Position numbers and translations under genes: made by a program. The notes below the pieces were generated by a model. The model was not told the origin of the DNA. It made no database searches and saw only the letters and a list, made by a program, of their open reading frames with translations. A DNA stretch of 63,807 nt, the filler included, from Hausera hauseri (Eukaryota): assembly GCA_046269625.1 (NCBI GenBank). It is 12 parts of 12 records of this genome, joined end to end, with 100 filler letters (N's around TTAATTAATTAA, not from the genome) between each part and the next. Parts side by side here need not be neighbours in the genome. Positions count along the whole stretch, not along the records: positions 34,918 to 39,626 come from JBJURY010466244.1; positions 39,727 to 44,340 come from JBJURY010503575.1; positions 44,441 to 50,565 come from JBJURY010137427.1; 9 more parts are not named here. One strand, 5' to 3'. This document shows positions 34,818-48,558 of this stretch, one piece after another (the stretch's first letter is position 1; every line of letters begins with the position of its first letter).

Positions 34818-37756
34818 NNNNNNNNNNNNNNNNNNNNNNNNNNNNNNNNNNNNNNNNNNNNTTAATTAATTAANNNNNNNNNNNNNNNNNNNNNNNNNNN
34901 NNNNNNNNNNNNNNNNNATGTCTTGAAGTCAGTTTCCATGCGGGGGGGGGGCTTTAACCTCTAAACCTCTCTTCGGCACTCACTGGTCACAGTGTAGTAA
35001 GCGATAGCAACGGCATTTTTAAAATGTCATACTCAGTGTGACAGACGATAGGAAAGGGTTATAATTACTTTTATTTGACTATAATGCGCGTGACCTTTCT
35101 CAAAGGCCATTAGGCCTCAATAACTACACATGAATTTAAGAACATTGTAAAAGTTTTATTTTACAAATTACTTATAACATGTTTCACATTATTTTATAAT
35201 GAATTCCATACTTTAGAATTTTGTATAATTATTTAAAATTACGGAACAGAACTACATGATGTTATCTAAGCCAATTGTATAAGTTTTACAGTACAAGGCT
35301 GAACTGGACTAATTTTCGGAAGCCGATGCCAGTACTTTTGATGTACCAGATACCAGAACTAGTACAGATATAAATATCAACGCAAAATATTAACAACGTT
35401 CATATATACGATTATATAACACTTACTCTGACAATATCAATTATAAGGAAGAATGCACATGAACCGTAAACAAATGCAACTCAGTCCATGAACTTAATTA
35501 CCTCTGTGTTTGTGGATAAGTATTGGAGAAGCATCTCGTCATTTAAAGGTAGTCATTCCCACGGAAATATTTACACATGTCAGCCATGCACAAAATGAAA
35601 CCTGTTTCATTTAACATTTTTAACAATTGCACAATATAATTTTACCAGTGTGGTGGATCCCGTTTCTAAATATCCAATCCACTTGTTTTTTAGATATTTC
35701 GAAATGGGTTCTACCATATTAGAAAAATAATATTATGTTATTGTAAAGAAAGTTAAAGAAAATATTTTTATATTGAGCGTGTCTAATTGAAAATTCACTT
35801 AAAAACTAATATAAGATACGTTTAAAAGCAGAGAACTCATGTTCATATGAAAACAAAATTCTATATAGAGTTAATAAACTATATGGTATTTTTGTTTAAA
35901 ATCACAATTTCCAAAATTTTTACCACAAACTCTCTTCAGTTTTTGCTTTGACTCTTACAAATTTTGAAAACTATTCAAGGAAATTCGTTTATTCGAGTAT
36001 TACATTCAAATTTCGTGCACAGTTTGCGAAATTGATATACATTTCATGAATTAACTGGCAAATGTCTTCAGTTTATAACAAGTTTAAAAGAAATGCAATT
36101 AGTTCATGAACGTATGGAATTGAGGTTAAATGGTGATAACGGTGATCGATATTCATATACTGCTCGGGTATTTAATGCTTGCTCATTTATTGTCATTTAG
36201 ATGCTTTGTCACGTTGTTACGCAAATTCTTTCATTTTGTTGTTTGTACTCACGAAGGAATCTGCCAAAGTTGGCATTTAAAATGATACTACATGTGAATT
36301 CTCTAATTTATTTCATGTAACTTTAAAAAAGGGAAATGAAGAAGTTAAGAAATTGTGGCAAATACATGATCATTTCCATAAACCTTTCAATGTCAATTAC
36401 ATTTGAATTTGAATAATTTCAAAATTATTACAAAACCATGGCATGTTTCACAGACGTTTGCCATGAGTTCAAGATTTGTGAATGATACTGATATCGTGAG
36501 TCACAGATTCATAATTTGTCCAATTGATGGATGGTACTTGATTGCTTGAAAAGGTGCTGTAAGAAATGGATTCAATAGCGTTACGATAAGTCAAAGGACA
36601 ATTCATTATTGGAAAGGATTTCCTAAACTGTGGTGAAAGATGCGTATGCTCAAGTTGCACAACATTGCGTATTATGCAAATGTGTTTATTTAAAAAATAT
36701 TGACTTTTAATGAATTTTTAAATTTCGCTGTTTTTAATAAATAAGGAAGTATGAGTATTTGTATTAACCCACAAATTATCAATTCTTTAATGTGATAAAA
36801 ATATTTCGTGTTCATATTCTCTCGTCTCATTGCTTTATCAACAAATCCTTTCAGTAATTCTAATCGTCAATTGTCATCAAACCTAGTAATTCTTCTTCTT
36901 TTGCCCCTTTTAGTTAAATCGATTCTATCTGGTATAGGAATGATAAGTAATATGGTAATTCTATGACTTCATGGAGATCTCGACATGCAATTCTTCTGTG
37001 ATTTGATAAATGTTTTCTTTCTGGAAGCCTCTGGTAAAGTCCATTGATAAACTGTTCATATATATCTTTTTTGAAATTGATAGAGTGCAATGTTAATACA
37101 CTAACCAAATTTTCTTTATGACCATTCCATGGTTGATATTTCAATCATTTGAAGTTGGAATTTTTCCATGAACGTGTACGCATGTTGCTGAAAAACTGAA
37201 CTTTCTTCTTGTACATAAAATAAAAAATGTCATTTTATGATGCGTATAAATTGAACTCACTTTTGGAGTATCTTAGATATCAACAGTTAAATTTGGATAA
37301 GCTAAAATGATAATGAAAACAGAATTAATTTGTGTTTGTCACATTTATCCTACTGTGGAATTGATTATTGAAACTAAAATTGCTCTTCACAGTAAACCCA
37401 TTGTATGCTTTATGAAGACGTCATACGAAGGAAGTTATATTGCGTCTCTGACGAATCAAAACGAACTCTTTCCAAATGTATTCAGAAACTGTCAGTTTTA
37501 TTTATTCATTGGTTTATCTTTATTGCCATAATCAGATCTGAAAGACAGGCGAATCGACAGTTTAATATCCATGTTGAGAACACAAATGTATTAGTAATTA
37601 TTGACTGCAAACGACCGGAATAAAAAAATCGGATGGCATGAAAATTCGAACATAGACATCCAAGTCGTTTGCATATTTGAATTCAAAAATATTAATAATC
37701 TGGATAAAATCTAATGCAACTGTGATTTTGAAAAATTTATTGACTTGTGCAATTTT

Positions 37757-39626
37757 TTATTCAAAGTGATATATGTACTCACCATCCTTTAACCATGCAT
37801 AAATGGAGTTTTTTTCTTTATCGGTGTCCGTATTTTTGATCGGCATCCAAATCGTTTTATTTTGTCTTACTGCCAAGAGTCCTGATAATGAGTGAGCACT
37901 CTCTTGGTTACAATGCTGGTAATAATTTGGGTAGGAATAACCACTTGACATCTAATTTCAGTAATATTCGAAGCTCTTTCGGGGTTCATCTCAATTGGTA
38001 AGTCTAAAATGTCTGAGAACTTTCTGTATGAGATGAGCAATTTCCTTTCTCCGAATAACTTGGTATATTGTGCTGCAATCAACCTGTTTCCGATGGACTC
38101 CCAATCAACAATTTGTTTATGGCGGATTCCTAACTGCAACGAAGCGCTTTTCTCATCTATTATCTCATCTAGTACTATTGGATCAATGAAACCATTTCCC
38201 ATAACCATCAGAAGTATTCCGTTAACGCAAACTTTGTCCACCTTGGAGTCCGTGAGTGAACGTAGTAAATTTTTCATTAGGTCGTTGCTTTTTACTGGAT
38301 CAGTTTGAGTGGAGACATTCGTAGAATTAGCACTGCTCCATTTGCGTTTTGTGGCTGTTTTGGAAGATATTTTATCTTCGTCGTCAAACATTGGTTCTAA
38401 TACTTCGCAATCCATTACTTCAAACTCCTCTTCCTGTAGCTGTTATTACCACTTTAGCTACATTTTCTTTCGTCACTGTAGCCTGTGTATCGTATTTCCA
38501 TTGAATTCCGACCATATACTCTCTCTTGCGATTTAATAGATCTCCGAAGTCCACTATGTTATTATGGAGATCTGGAGGGATCTATTCATAAGTCTTGGTC
38601 AATTTCTTATGGGCTTCCATTGCAAGTTGTAATCGTCTTTTTGTAGTACTGGGAAACCATGGTAATGTCAAGGATTCTATCATCTGACTTAGTGTCTTGA
38701 TACGAGTGCCTATGGTATACTCAGCACAGTTTAGGGAATCAAAAACAGCGCAAGTTCTGTCTACTGGAATACTTAGGGCCTTGAAAGTCTTGTGTGCCTC
38801 CAATGCTACTATTTTGTATCCCAGGATATATTTCTCGAATTTTTTTGAACCATATGGGAATCTTTTACTTTTCTATTTGTTCCCATTTTATTACGTGTCG
38901 TATACTGTTTAAATTATGATAGTTTGATTAAAGATAATTTCTCAATTTTTCTGCAATGATTAGTTCGATCGGTAGTGGAACTTATAGTCCGTTTGACTTG
39001 TGGACGTATGCAAAAGACGCCGCTACATATCTAGAACTACTGGATTTACTGGTATATAGAATGTTCGTTTCATCCAATAATTCTTCATCCATAGGTTCCA
39101 CCTTGTATTTTATTGTTAACAAGGATGGAATTTTCTTTTCCATTCTAAAAATTTCTACCATTCCAATATTGATTATCCCTTTAGCGATGAATCGAATATG
39201 TTTTGAATCTATTGGATAATTAATTTGGCAAGATTCTTGACCGACAACAGTTTCTAGTGAATTTTTCGGCCTTTTTCTCTTCTAAATATCACCATGATTT
39301 TTCCAATGGTGACATGTATGGTCATTCCAATGTTGTTTACAGTCCACTGCGGTAGTTTAAGTGTGCTTTTCGAATTGAATATCTTGAAAGGGAAAATTTC
39401 ACGGTTTCGTTGCTCTCCGTATTTAAGTATGTTAGGTTTTTTGGTGATTTTGCTTATTCAATCCATTGAGTTGTCTAGACATGCTATTATCTTGTCATAA
39501 AAGGAACAGGTCATATTCCTTTCTGCAGTGCTGAGTCTTCGTATCCATTTATCTACGTCTCTCTTGTCTATCGAAACTGTTTCATGTCGTTTGAAGATGT
39601 CTGTTCCTCCAAATTTCGAGTTAGAA
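37757..39626 (-). pseudogene. Accessory region of a giant element: cupin-like domain plus two tandem dead DEDDh-like domains
   Basis: IHVTIGKIMVIF; RYVAASFAYVH...PIELIIAE...KYILGYKIVALEAHKTFKALSIP...VFDS (38582-39035); second copy VLDEII...LGIRHKQIVD...LFGERKLLISYRKFSDILDLP...ITEIR aligns by eye with the contig-1 domain. Confidence 0.5.
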
Positions 39627-39726
39627 NNNNNNNNNNNNNNNNNNNNNNNNNNNNNNNNNNNNNNNNNNNNTTAATTAATTAANNNNNNNNNNNNNNNNNN
39701 NNNNNNNNNNNNNNNNNNNNNNNNNN

Positions 39727-40190
39727 ATGGTAAAACAGTTTGAACCCTGCTCCAATGCTGCGAGCCTTGCTGCCCTTCCACTTGGTCTCTTGGACACATA
39801 AAACATCTACCTTTCTTCTCTGCATCATGTCAGCCAGCTCTCTACCTTTGCCTGTCATTGTCCCCACATTTAGAGTTGCAACCCTCAGTCCTACATTCTT
39901 CACTGTCCTCTTCTCCCTCTGTCTCCTGACACGTTTCCCTCCTCGTGGTCTTCGACTAACAGTAACACAATTTCCGCCGGCACCCTGTTTGTCAACAGCA
40001 CCGGTGGCGGTCGTTGTTAACCCGGGCCTCGACCGATCCGGTATGGTTTCACTTTGATGAACTCGCATTATGGTTTTGGCAAAAGTGTTTTACATCGGAT
40101 GCCATTCCTGACACAACCCTCACCATTTATCCGGGCTTGGGACCGGCACAAGAGATACACTGGCTTGTGCTCCCTAGTGGCTGGTTTTGT
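39727..40190 (-). mobile_element. RTE-clade LINE 5' end (5' UTR plus AP-endonuclease N-terminus)
   Basis: LRVATLNVGTMTGKGRELADMMQRRKVDVLCVQETKWKGSKARSIGAGFKLFYH; frame open up to the contig edge. Confidence 0.93.
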
Positions 40191-40465
40191 CTCTCTCTCT
40201 CTCGATCAAGAATATGTAAGAATGTCAAGAGCCACTCAGCCCCTGGTGAATAGCAAGCAGCCATCAGTGACCTATGCTTTGACAATCAATTGTTAAGGCT
40301 CCCCCATAGCTCTGCGTACGGCCGTACGCGTGTCCATACGCACGTACTGTACGTAAACAGTTCACCTGCACAGCTCAGCGTACGTTCTCACGTACATTCT
40401 CGCGTTTTCGCTCCTATTCTTGACGTCATTTCCTTGAGTTCGTCATTTCCGCTATTGTTTCAGCC

Positions 40466-40968
40466 ATGGCGTCAACAGATGATGAAGAAGAAGAGATTGT
40501 TTGCCTCTTATTATTAGCTTCAAGAAAACGTAGAAGGTGGCACGTTAGGCCATTAAACGAGGCCAGGGATGAAGAAGGAGAATTTAATACGTTGGTTAAG
40601 GACATGAAAATGATGGACAGCGAGAAGCATTTCGAATATTTTCGAATGGATTCGATCAAGTTTGATGAGCTAGTTGGGCGGCTAGCCCCGTTGCTTCTAC
40701 ACCAGGGCAGCCATCGCTCTCCTGTCAGCACTGCACAAAGAGTGGCAGTCACGCTGCGCATCTTTGCGACTGGCTGCTCGGAACAGAGTGTTGCTGCCAG
40801 CTATCGCCTGGGCTCATCAACTGTGTCAGGAATAGTGTCGGAGGTGAGTCATGGAATAAACAAATGAAAAGTTTTGCTGTGATATTATTGATGACTACTA
40901 GTGAAGTCAGCAGCAGCGGATGAACTAGTAGTTTATATAAATGCATATAAATATATATATTATATATA

Positions 40969-41010
<42 letters not shown>

Positions 41011-42617
41011 TACATGTAGTGCATCTGGAGATGTGGTTGTCTGTGATGGTGGGGAGACTGACTCCAACAGACTTCTGATAACTTATGATAACAGTAATAT
41101 CTTAATAGTCCAAACTATTAGCAGATTAAATTAATTAAAAACTATGGTAAATGTCTGTTCTTCATTCCAGTGAGTTTTATTTAAAAATGTACTTCAGGTA
41201 TCTCAAGCCATTTGGAAGGCTCTTCAGCCGGAGTTTGTAGCCTTCCCCTCTGGCCATCAGTGGACTGCAATTGCTCGTGATTTCTGGCGAATCTGGGATT
41301 TTCCGCACCTTTTAGGTTGGTTCATTTGTCTTTCTGTCTTTGCCGTTTGTGTACCTGTTTTGATTAATGTATTTATTAGTACTATAAATATCTAAAAATA
41401 CTGAAATTATTATTTGTTATCAGGAGCACTGGATGGAAAACACGTCAGGATTCGTTGCCCTCCGAGATCTGGGAGTGACTTCTTTAATTACAAAGGAACC
41501 CACTCTCTTGTCCTCCTGGCTGTGTGTGATGCACATTACCGCTTCACTATGGTGGATGTGGGAGCATATGGGCGTCAGAGTGATGGCGGCATCTTCCAGG
41601 AGAGTGTGTTTGGACAACAGCTGTTGAACAGTACCCTGGATATTCCACCACCTGATGTCCTACCAGGGACCACTGTGAAGAGTCCGCATGTTTTTGTGGG
41701 GGATGCAGCTTTTCCACTCCATGAAAATCTTATGCGACCATATCCTGGTAAGATTATTACAAAAACCTGAGGTTGTTTTGGTGGGATACAGCTGAGCCAG
41801 GAGAGAGATGAAATAGTCTGTATTCACCTGTGGGAACGAATAAAGTTATCAGTACTACTTCTATTATAATTACTATTATGACTCTTATGATGTTTTGTTG
41901 CTCAACTTTTTTAGAGAATTTTATTAAATGGCTTTTGTATGTATGTGAATGAATCTGTAAAGTACTCTGAGACAACTTTGTTTTGAACAGGTGCAAAATA
42001 AATAAACCAAATTGCATTATTAGTAATAATTTTGATATTCTATCATGCACAGGCTCAAATCTGGAGGAAATGCATTTGGTGTACAACTACCGTCACAGCA
42101 GGGCTCGCAGAACAATCGAGAACGCCTTTGGCATCTTGTCATCCAGATGGCGGATCTTCGGCCGCCCGATGGAATATAATCCATCCAAAACTGTCCATGT
42201 GGTAAAAGCATGTGTGGCGCTACACAACTGGCTGGCGTACAATGACGACCGTAGGCAGTACATCCCCACAAACTATGTGGACACTGACACACCATCGGGA
42301 GACCTCTTACCAGGTGATCACACACACACTCATGACTCACTACATGTATATGTAGTTTAGGCCGTAGCTCATCTGTACAGTACAACCCACCCCGCCCACT
42401 ATAACATTTGCTTTTCTTGTTTCCCATCCGTATAGGAGAATGGAGGCAGGTAGCAGGAAATCATCTCGAGACTTCATTAAGAAGAACAAGTGCCACAAGG
42501 AATGCTGGAAGAACAGCGTATGCAGTGAGGAACAACCTGCGGGACTTCTTCTCATCACCACATGGTGTTGTGCCTTGGCAACAAGCCACAATAAGAAGAG
42601 GAAGGTTGTTTGAGTGA
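40466..42617 (+). CDS. Harbinger DDE nuclease (HARBI1-like), 5 exons: 40466-40843, 41198-41315, 41424-41747, 42053-42313, 42436-42617
   Basis: GT-AG junctions keep the frame; [52 protein letters not shown]. Confidence 0.92.
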
Positions 42618-43052
42618 TTACCTATCAATAAATTGATAACAAAATTAATTTGTTCATCATTTTGTTTGTACAATAATGAACATTTGCATTTCAGTCAATT
42701 TCTTTGTGATTTTAAAACAAACAATATACACATATTTAAATGGTGGAAATTTTTATTATCTACAGCTAAATTCCAATGTTCACCAAAATAACACACAATA
42801 CACATTTCAGAGTGAATTGATCCTTAAAAACATTTCTAAAAAATAACACTTCTAAAAAATAACACTTTAAAAAAAAATAACACTTAAAAAAATAAAAATA
42901 AAAACACGTTTGAAATCATGGAAGAGGAAATCCCTACTGTGTGATGTAAAACACTACATTTCTTTTTTTTTTTTTTAAATGTTGAACTATTTCAATAAAT
43001 GTAACAGCAAACCTGTACAGGTCATAAGCTTATGACAATACATAACACATTC

Positions 43053-44039
43053 TTACAGTGGCTCCAAGGTGTACGTTTGCCGATGTGCATAATCTTGTTC
43101 TAGAGTATACATGAGCTCGTATAAGCGAAATCGTGCATGTGATTTGAATTCTGAAGGAATTTTTTTTAACATGTCAGCTATTGTTAAGCCAAACCGTGTG
43201 TCCTCATCATCTCTCTCCACTCTACGTCGATCAAGGGCCTCCAGCCTCGTCATTAAAACATTGTCAGCTTCTTCCCTCCATCGCCTCTTTCTTCCCTGCT
43301 TTGTAGCATTTCGTGTGCTGGTGCCTGGTGCAGATGACTGCCTTGGGGCAGGTGGGGCAGGAAACTCACTGGAGCAAGCTGGTTGAAGAGAAGGTGCCAA
43401 TGAGATATTGCTGGAAGAGGAGCTTGATGGAGAAGGTGCCCATTGGTTGGAGCTGTTGTTGCTGGAGCAGGCAGGTGAAGGGACAGAGCAGGCAGGTGAA
43501 GGCACACCACAGGCAGGTGAAGGGACACCACCGGAACCACAACTGAAGTCCTATCATGTACACAATGTAGAGCAATTAAATGTTGATGGAAAAATTTTAA
43601 TTACAACTGAATTAATTATGATGAAGTAGTTCAATTTTATTTAGTTTTATGAAGTGTCACAACTTTTGGCTAGCTAATTAAATTATTCAGTAGCTTAAAA
43701 ATAGAAAATACTTACTGCAGGCACATTTGTCTCTGTCTCTCGGCATTTTATGAAGTTGTCCAGCCAGGACATTATATGAAAAATCGGTGGGACACTTCCA
43801 CTGGCACCATCCCCACTTTTTCCCTTCATCTTTTTCCTCGCCCTCACAAATCTGTCCCTGAGGTATTTCCATTTGGCTTTACAAACCGCAACGTCTTTAC
43901 CCACGGTCACAGCCACTTCATCCCATGAATTTTTTGTTCTTTGAACATCCTTGTACTCTTTCATGGACGTGTCATATAAATTGCGATGTTTTCTTATCTC
44001 CTCTAAGAGCCTCTCTTCGAAGTTTGCCTCCATTTTCAT
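43053..44039 (-). CDS. Harbinger Myb/SANT (MADF) DNA-binding protein, 2 exons: 44039-43716 and 43550-43053
   Basis: LLEEIRKHRNLYD...YKD...SWDEVA...CKAKWKYLRDRF; VPSPAC repeats; C-terminal BESS-like DEDTRFGLTIADMLKKIP; phase-0 GT-AG intron. Confidence 0.9.
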
Positions 44040-44983
44040 TCACAAAGCGGGAAATGCGGTCTGTGTCACACAAAAAACAGTTCGATGTGAACACAATTCC
44101 GGGCACACAGTTCTGTGCCGTTTATTGTGTGACACCGCGCTTGCGTATGCGGTCGTAAAATTTGAGCTTTGCGCGTACATGCCCTGCGGGGTTACGCTTG
44201 TGCCTCTGTGTAGTATGTGCGTACAGCTGCAGAGCTATGGGGGAGCCTTTAATCTTCAACACGAACAGGTTTTGAAATATTCTGTTTATTTGTCAGTCCA
44301 TCAGCTGATTTTACCCAAATTGAATTTTGTGACGTTGTTANNNNNNNNNNNNNNNNNNNNNNNNNNNNNNNNNNNNNNNNNNNNTTAATTAATTAANNNN
44401 NNNNNNNNNNNNNNNNNNNNNNNNNNNNNNNNNNNNNNNNACGCGGAGCAGCGCACCGCGGTGTATTAAAACAAGGTTTAATGACAAGTAAAAAGTACAT
44501 AAAAATACTAAGTTATTAAACGGTCCTTATTTCTATTGCACAATTGACGGTGAAATTGGAGGTGAAGCACACTGAAATCAATAAATCTATTAGTGCATGT
44601 AGATAGGAAACAATATATGGTGAATCTGAATCTGGTGTTAGATATTCGAATACATTATTCTAAATCGATTAATTATCGATCCGAACCCAAAAAATCGATA
44701 GTGTATGTTATTCAAAGAACCTGACGAGCACAATAGATTTCTCATATGAAAATCTTGATGAAATTTTAAATTTGGCGTGGAGAAATTTATGTATTTGATG
44801 CATTAAAACAAAGTTTTGGTACATCTATGCATGACATTGACAAGTCAAGTGCATCATGTAAACAAGTTTATGTAAATGATGCATTAAAACAAAGTGTTAT
44901 AGAATGATCGAAAAAATCCATAAACGAGGCCGTGCACATTGACATGGCTACATATTTTTTTATTTCCAAATTCACTTCCAAGA

Positions 44984-45768
44984 ATGGTGAGTTTTGTTAT
45001 TTGTGCTCCTCAAATAATTGGTTTGTTTAGATTTGTAACTTCTACAAATTTTGTGTGGCGCAGAAACACGGGGAACAGAATTGCCACAGTGTGATGCAGA
45101 ATTATTTTGGATACAAGCACAATAGGACTCAGTACTATGTGTGTCCTGTATGTGAGGTAGTGTGTCGGATTGGTTACCAGGAATTTTACAACCAGCATAA
45201 ACAGCATCTGGATTCGTTCACAAAATCGAAGAAAGAAATATTCAATAATAATATACCAATGACAACAAGTGTCCTAAAAGCAAATCAGATGTGCAGTTCC
45301 CATGCTTATTGCACATCCAAAGCACATAATCCACAACAGTGTCATGAAACAATGCAGCGGTATTATGGACACAAATCCAAAAATATCCAATATTATATAT
45401 GTCCGGGATGCGAGACTGTATGCGGTGCACATTACATACAGTTTTATTATGATCACAAACATCATTTGAGTCACTTCGCATCAAAATCAAAGAAGGCCAT
45501 CTATAATGAGCAACATAATCTTGATGCATCTGCTTCGCAGTATGACGCTTCGCAGTATTCTGCCTCGTATTATGCTACTGGATTTGGTGCAGCAGCTGCA
45601 AAGCATATTAGAGAATTGAAACAAGCAGCCGCATCATGTGCAGCAGCATCAGACGCAGCGGCTCCATCAAAAAGCCATAGACAGCGGAAAGTTGATGCTT
45701 CAGCATTAAAGAACAAATGCTACTGGCCAAACAGGACAACATGGCAGTGCTCGAAGCACTTAAAATGA
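44984..45768 (+). CDS. Maverick-associated protein with two Cys/His-rich repeats; ATG-only first exon and a 44-nt intron (44987-45030)
   Basis: ATG|gtgag...tttag|ICNFYKFC; repeats H.EQNCH..MQNYFG...QYYVCPVCEVVC...FYNQHKQH and HNPQQCH..MQRYYG...QYYICPGCETVC...FYYDHKHH. Confidence 0.6.
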
Positions 45769-45769
45769 A

Positions 45770-48300
45770 TATGAAACATCAATGTTGACGGTGAAGAATC
45801 CAACAGGGCCTTCAAGGCTAAAAATAGACCCATATTGGAAAAGAACAATATTGCAGAATGGATGCAAGAGGCGCACGAGAAGCTGATCCGTGAAGCCGCG
45901 GAGAGCCAGGATAAAACGAGCGGATGGACTCTGACAACCATCAAGAGATTTATTGTATATGTTCAGAAGTACTCTCCCATGCGGTTCAGTTCATATATTG
46001 AGCTCCTTGATTGGATCGCTAATAAAAAAGCGTGTCAGTGTCTATAATAACGACAACATGTGTTTCATGTACGTCATTCTGTCAAAACTCGTAACGGATC
46101 AAAGTCATGTTTTACGAGTTTCGCTATATAAGGATGTGCAGTACAACTATAACTTCCAATGTATAAAGTTCCCACCATCCATAGATGAAGTCAAAAAATT
46201 CGGACGACCCAATAATATATCAATCAATATCTTGGGATTGTATTAGGAAGACAAATTCTATCCCCTGCAGATATGTGATGCTGAATTGGAAAACCATAGG
46301 GATTTGCTCCTACTAGATGATGGTGAAAAGAGGCATTTCATCTGGATAAAGAACTGTGAACGTCTAGTCAGATCCCAAATTACAAAACATGAGGAAAGAA
46401 TCGAAATATGCAAACGATGCTTGTCCCATTTCAGCCGCAAGTTCGCTGCGGAGAAGCTGAAGGAGCACAAGATGTACTGCACCAACGATTATTGTATCAG
46501 GCCAGAATTTCCAAAGGAGGATTACATTGAATTCAAGGAGTTCGAGAAGAAGATCAAGGTCCCAATAGTTATCTGTTGCGACTTTGAAGCTATCCTGTGC
46601 CCAGTTCAGAGTTGCAGTCCTAATCCCCAACATAGCAGCACAACAGCATACCAATATGATGAACTCTCATCATATTGCATATATGCCAAAGGACTGGACA
46701 GTGAACCATATCTATTCAGAGGTCCAGGTGCAGCAGCACATTTCATGAAACGATTTGAAGATATGGTTCATAGGATTGGAGATATACAGCAGCAGCAGCA
46801 GCAGCATAAGGATACAATGAGCATGTCGAAGCAGCGAGAAGAATGGCGCAAGGCAACAGCATGTTACTTGTGATCCAAATCATTCACTAAGGACAATCAT
46901 AAAGTCAGGGATCATTGACATTTCACGGGCAAATATCGTGGCGCAGCATTCAACAACTGCAATATACGCCGCAAAAATGTACATATATGCCTGTAGTGTT
47001 TTATAATTTCAGTGGCTATGATTCCAATTTCATTGTTCTGGAACTGGCCAGCATTGAAGGAAACATTGATGTGATCCCTAATAGTGAGGAAAAATACATC
47101 ACATTTACCAAGCATGTTGGAAAAATCTGGCTTCGCTTCATAGACAATTTCCGTTTCATGTCGTCTTCACTTGACAGTTTAGTGAAGAACCTCCTTGCAG
47201 AAGAACTCAAGGGGACGAAGCGGTTCTTTTCCACTGCATTTGACCTCGTAAAGAGGAAAGGCGTATTTCCCTATGACTATATAACTTCATCGGAAACACT
47301 GGATGAGACCTCATTGCCGGCCAAGAAGGATTTTTACAATATCCTCTTTGATTGCGACATCAATGATATAAACTACCAGCGTGCCCAAAACACCTGTGAG
47401 GCATTTCAATGCCGAATATTAGAAGAATACAGCGACATATACAACAAGACGGATGTGCTGCTGCAGATGGATGTCTTTGAGAGCTTCAGGAATGTTAATA
47501 TAAAGAGCCATGCATCGGATCCAGATCATTCCTTTACTTCTCCAGGGATGCGTTTGGCAGCTATGCTGAGATATACAGGTGTCAGGCTGCAGATCATAAC
47601 GGATTACGACATGATCCTCATGATTGAAAGAGGCATTAGGGCGGAATATGCCAGGCCAATCACCGGTATAGCGAGGCCAACAACAAGTATATGGCCCAGT
47701 ATGATCCATTCAAGGAATCCGCATGTATATCATACCTGGATGCCAACAACTTGTATGGATGGGCAATGAGCGCCCCATTGCCATATGATAACTTCAAGTG
47801 GGTCGAGCATCCTGAAAACATCCCTATACTGGACCTGGATCTAACTGGAGATACGGGATACATACTGGAGGTAGATATGGAATATCCGTCTTTTATCCAC
47901 ACAAGGCATGAGCAGCTGCCTTTCCTCCCAGAGGACAAAAGACCACCGAATGGGGGATTAGAAAAGTTACTATGCCATCTTTGAAATCGGGAAAGATACG
48001 TAGTCCACAACATAACTCTCCAGCAAACGGTCAGAAATGGACTCCGCATTACTAAGATCCATCGGGCCCTGCAGTTCATCTAGTCCATGTGGCTGCAGCC
48101 CTACATAGACCTCGATACGAAGCTGCGGACAAATGCCAAGAAAGACTTTGAGAAGGACCAGTTCAAGCTTTACAACAACAGCGTTTCTTCCAAGACCATG
48201 GATAATATCGGCAACGGGATCAACATCGAACTCGTCTCTTAGTGGAAGCGGACAAAGAAGCTCATTGCCAAGCTTAACTTTGACAGCAGCACCATATACA
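45770..48300 (+). pseudogene. Maverick/Polinton protein-primed DNA polymerase B with an endonuclease VII-like insert
   Basis: SGWTL, NNDNMCF, HFIWIKN, CDFEA, VRDH*HFTGKYRGAA..NCN, YNFSGYD, KRKGVFPYDY, YLDANNLYGWAMS, GYILEVDMEYP, FKLYNNS. Confidence 0.93.
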
Positions 48301-48558
48301 CTGAATTTGTTTTTTCGGCTTGGTGAAGGAAATCAAGTTCTGTTTATGGACATTGTAAAAGTCTTCATAATCGGATTGGCACACTACCTTACATGTAGTC
48401 CATATATAATACTGAACCCTGTTGTACATATGGCCAAAGTACTTCTTTACAATGCTGTGCAAATTTTCAGGCTCGTGGATTTGAGCCATGCAATGGCTAT
48501 AAAGTTTGCACATCTAAAAATCAACCATTTTGAGGAGCACAATTAAAAAACTTACCAT
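48300..48558 (-). pseudogene. Inverted paralog of the Cys/His-repeat gene with the same ATG|intron structure (42-nt intron, 48514-48555)
   Basis: ATG|gtaag...ttttag|MCKLYSHCMAQIHEPENLHSIVKKYFGHMYNRVQYYIWTTCKVVCQSDYEDFYNVHKQNL. Confidence 0.6.

Larger units (their letters stand above)
40296..44248. mobile_element. Complete autonomous PIF/Harbinger transposon
   Basis: Perfect 20-bp TIRs aggctcccccatagctctgc (40296-40315 / 44229-44248); TTA TSD at 40293-40295 and 44249-44251; two convergent genes. Confidence 0.95.

Noticed and set aside
34918-37750. Possible host exons in an AT-rich stretch
   Set aside because: Only short ORFs with no recognisable motifs or convincing splice structure
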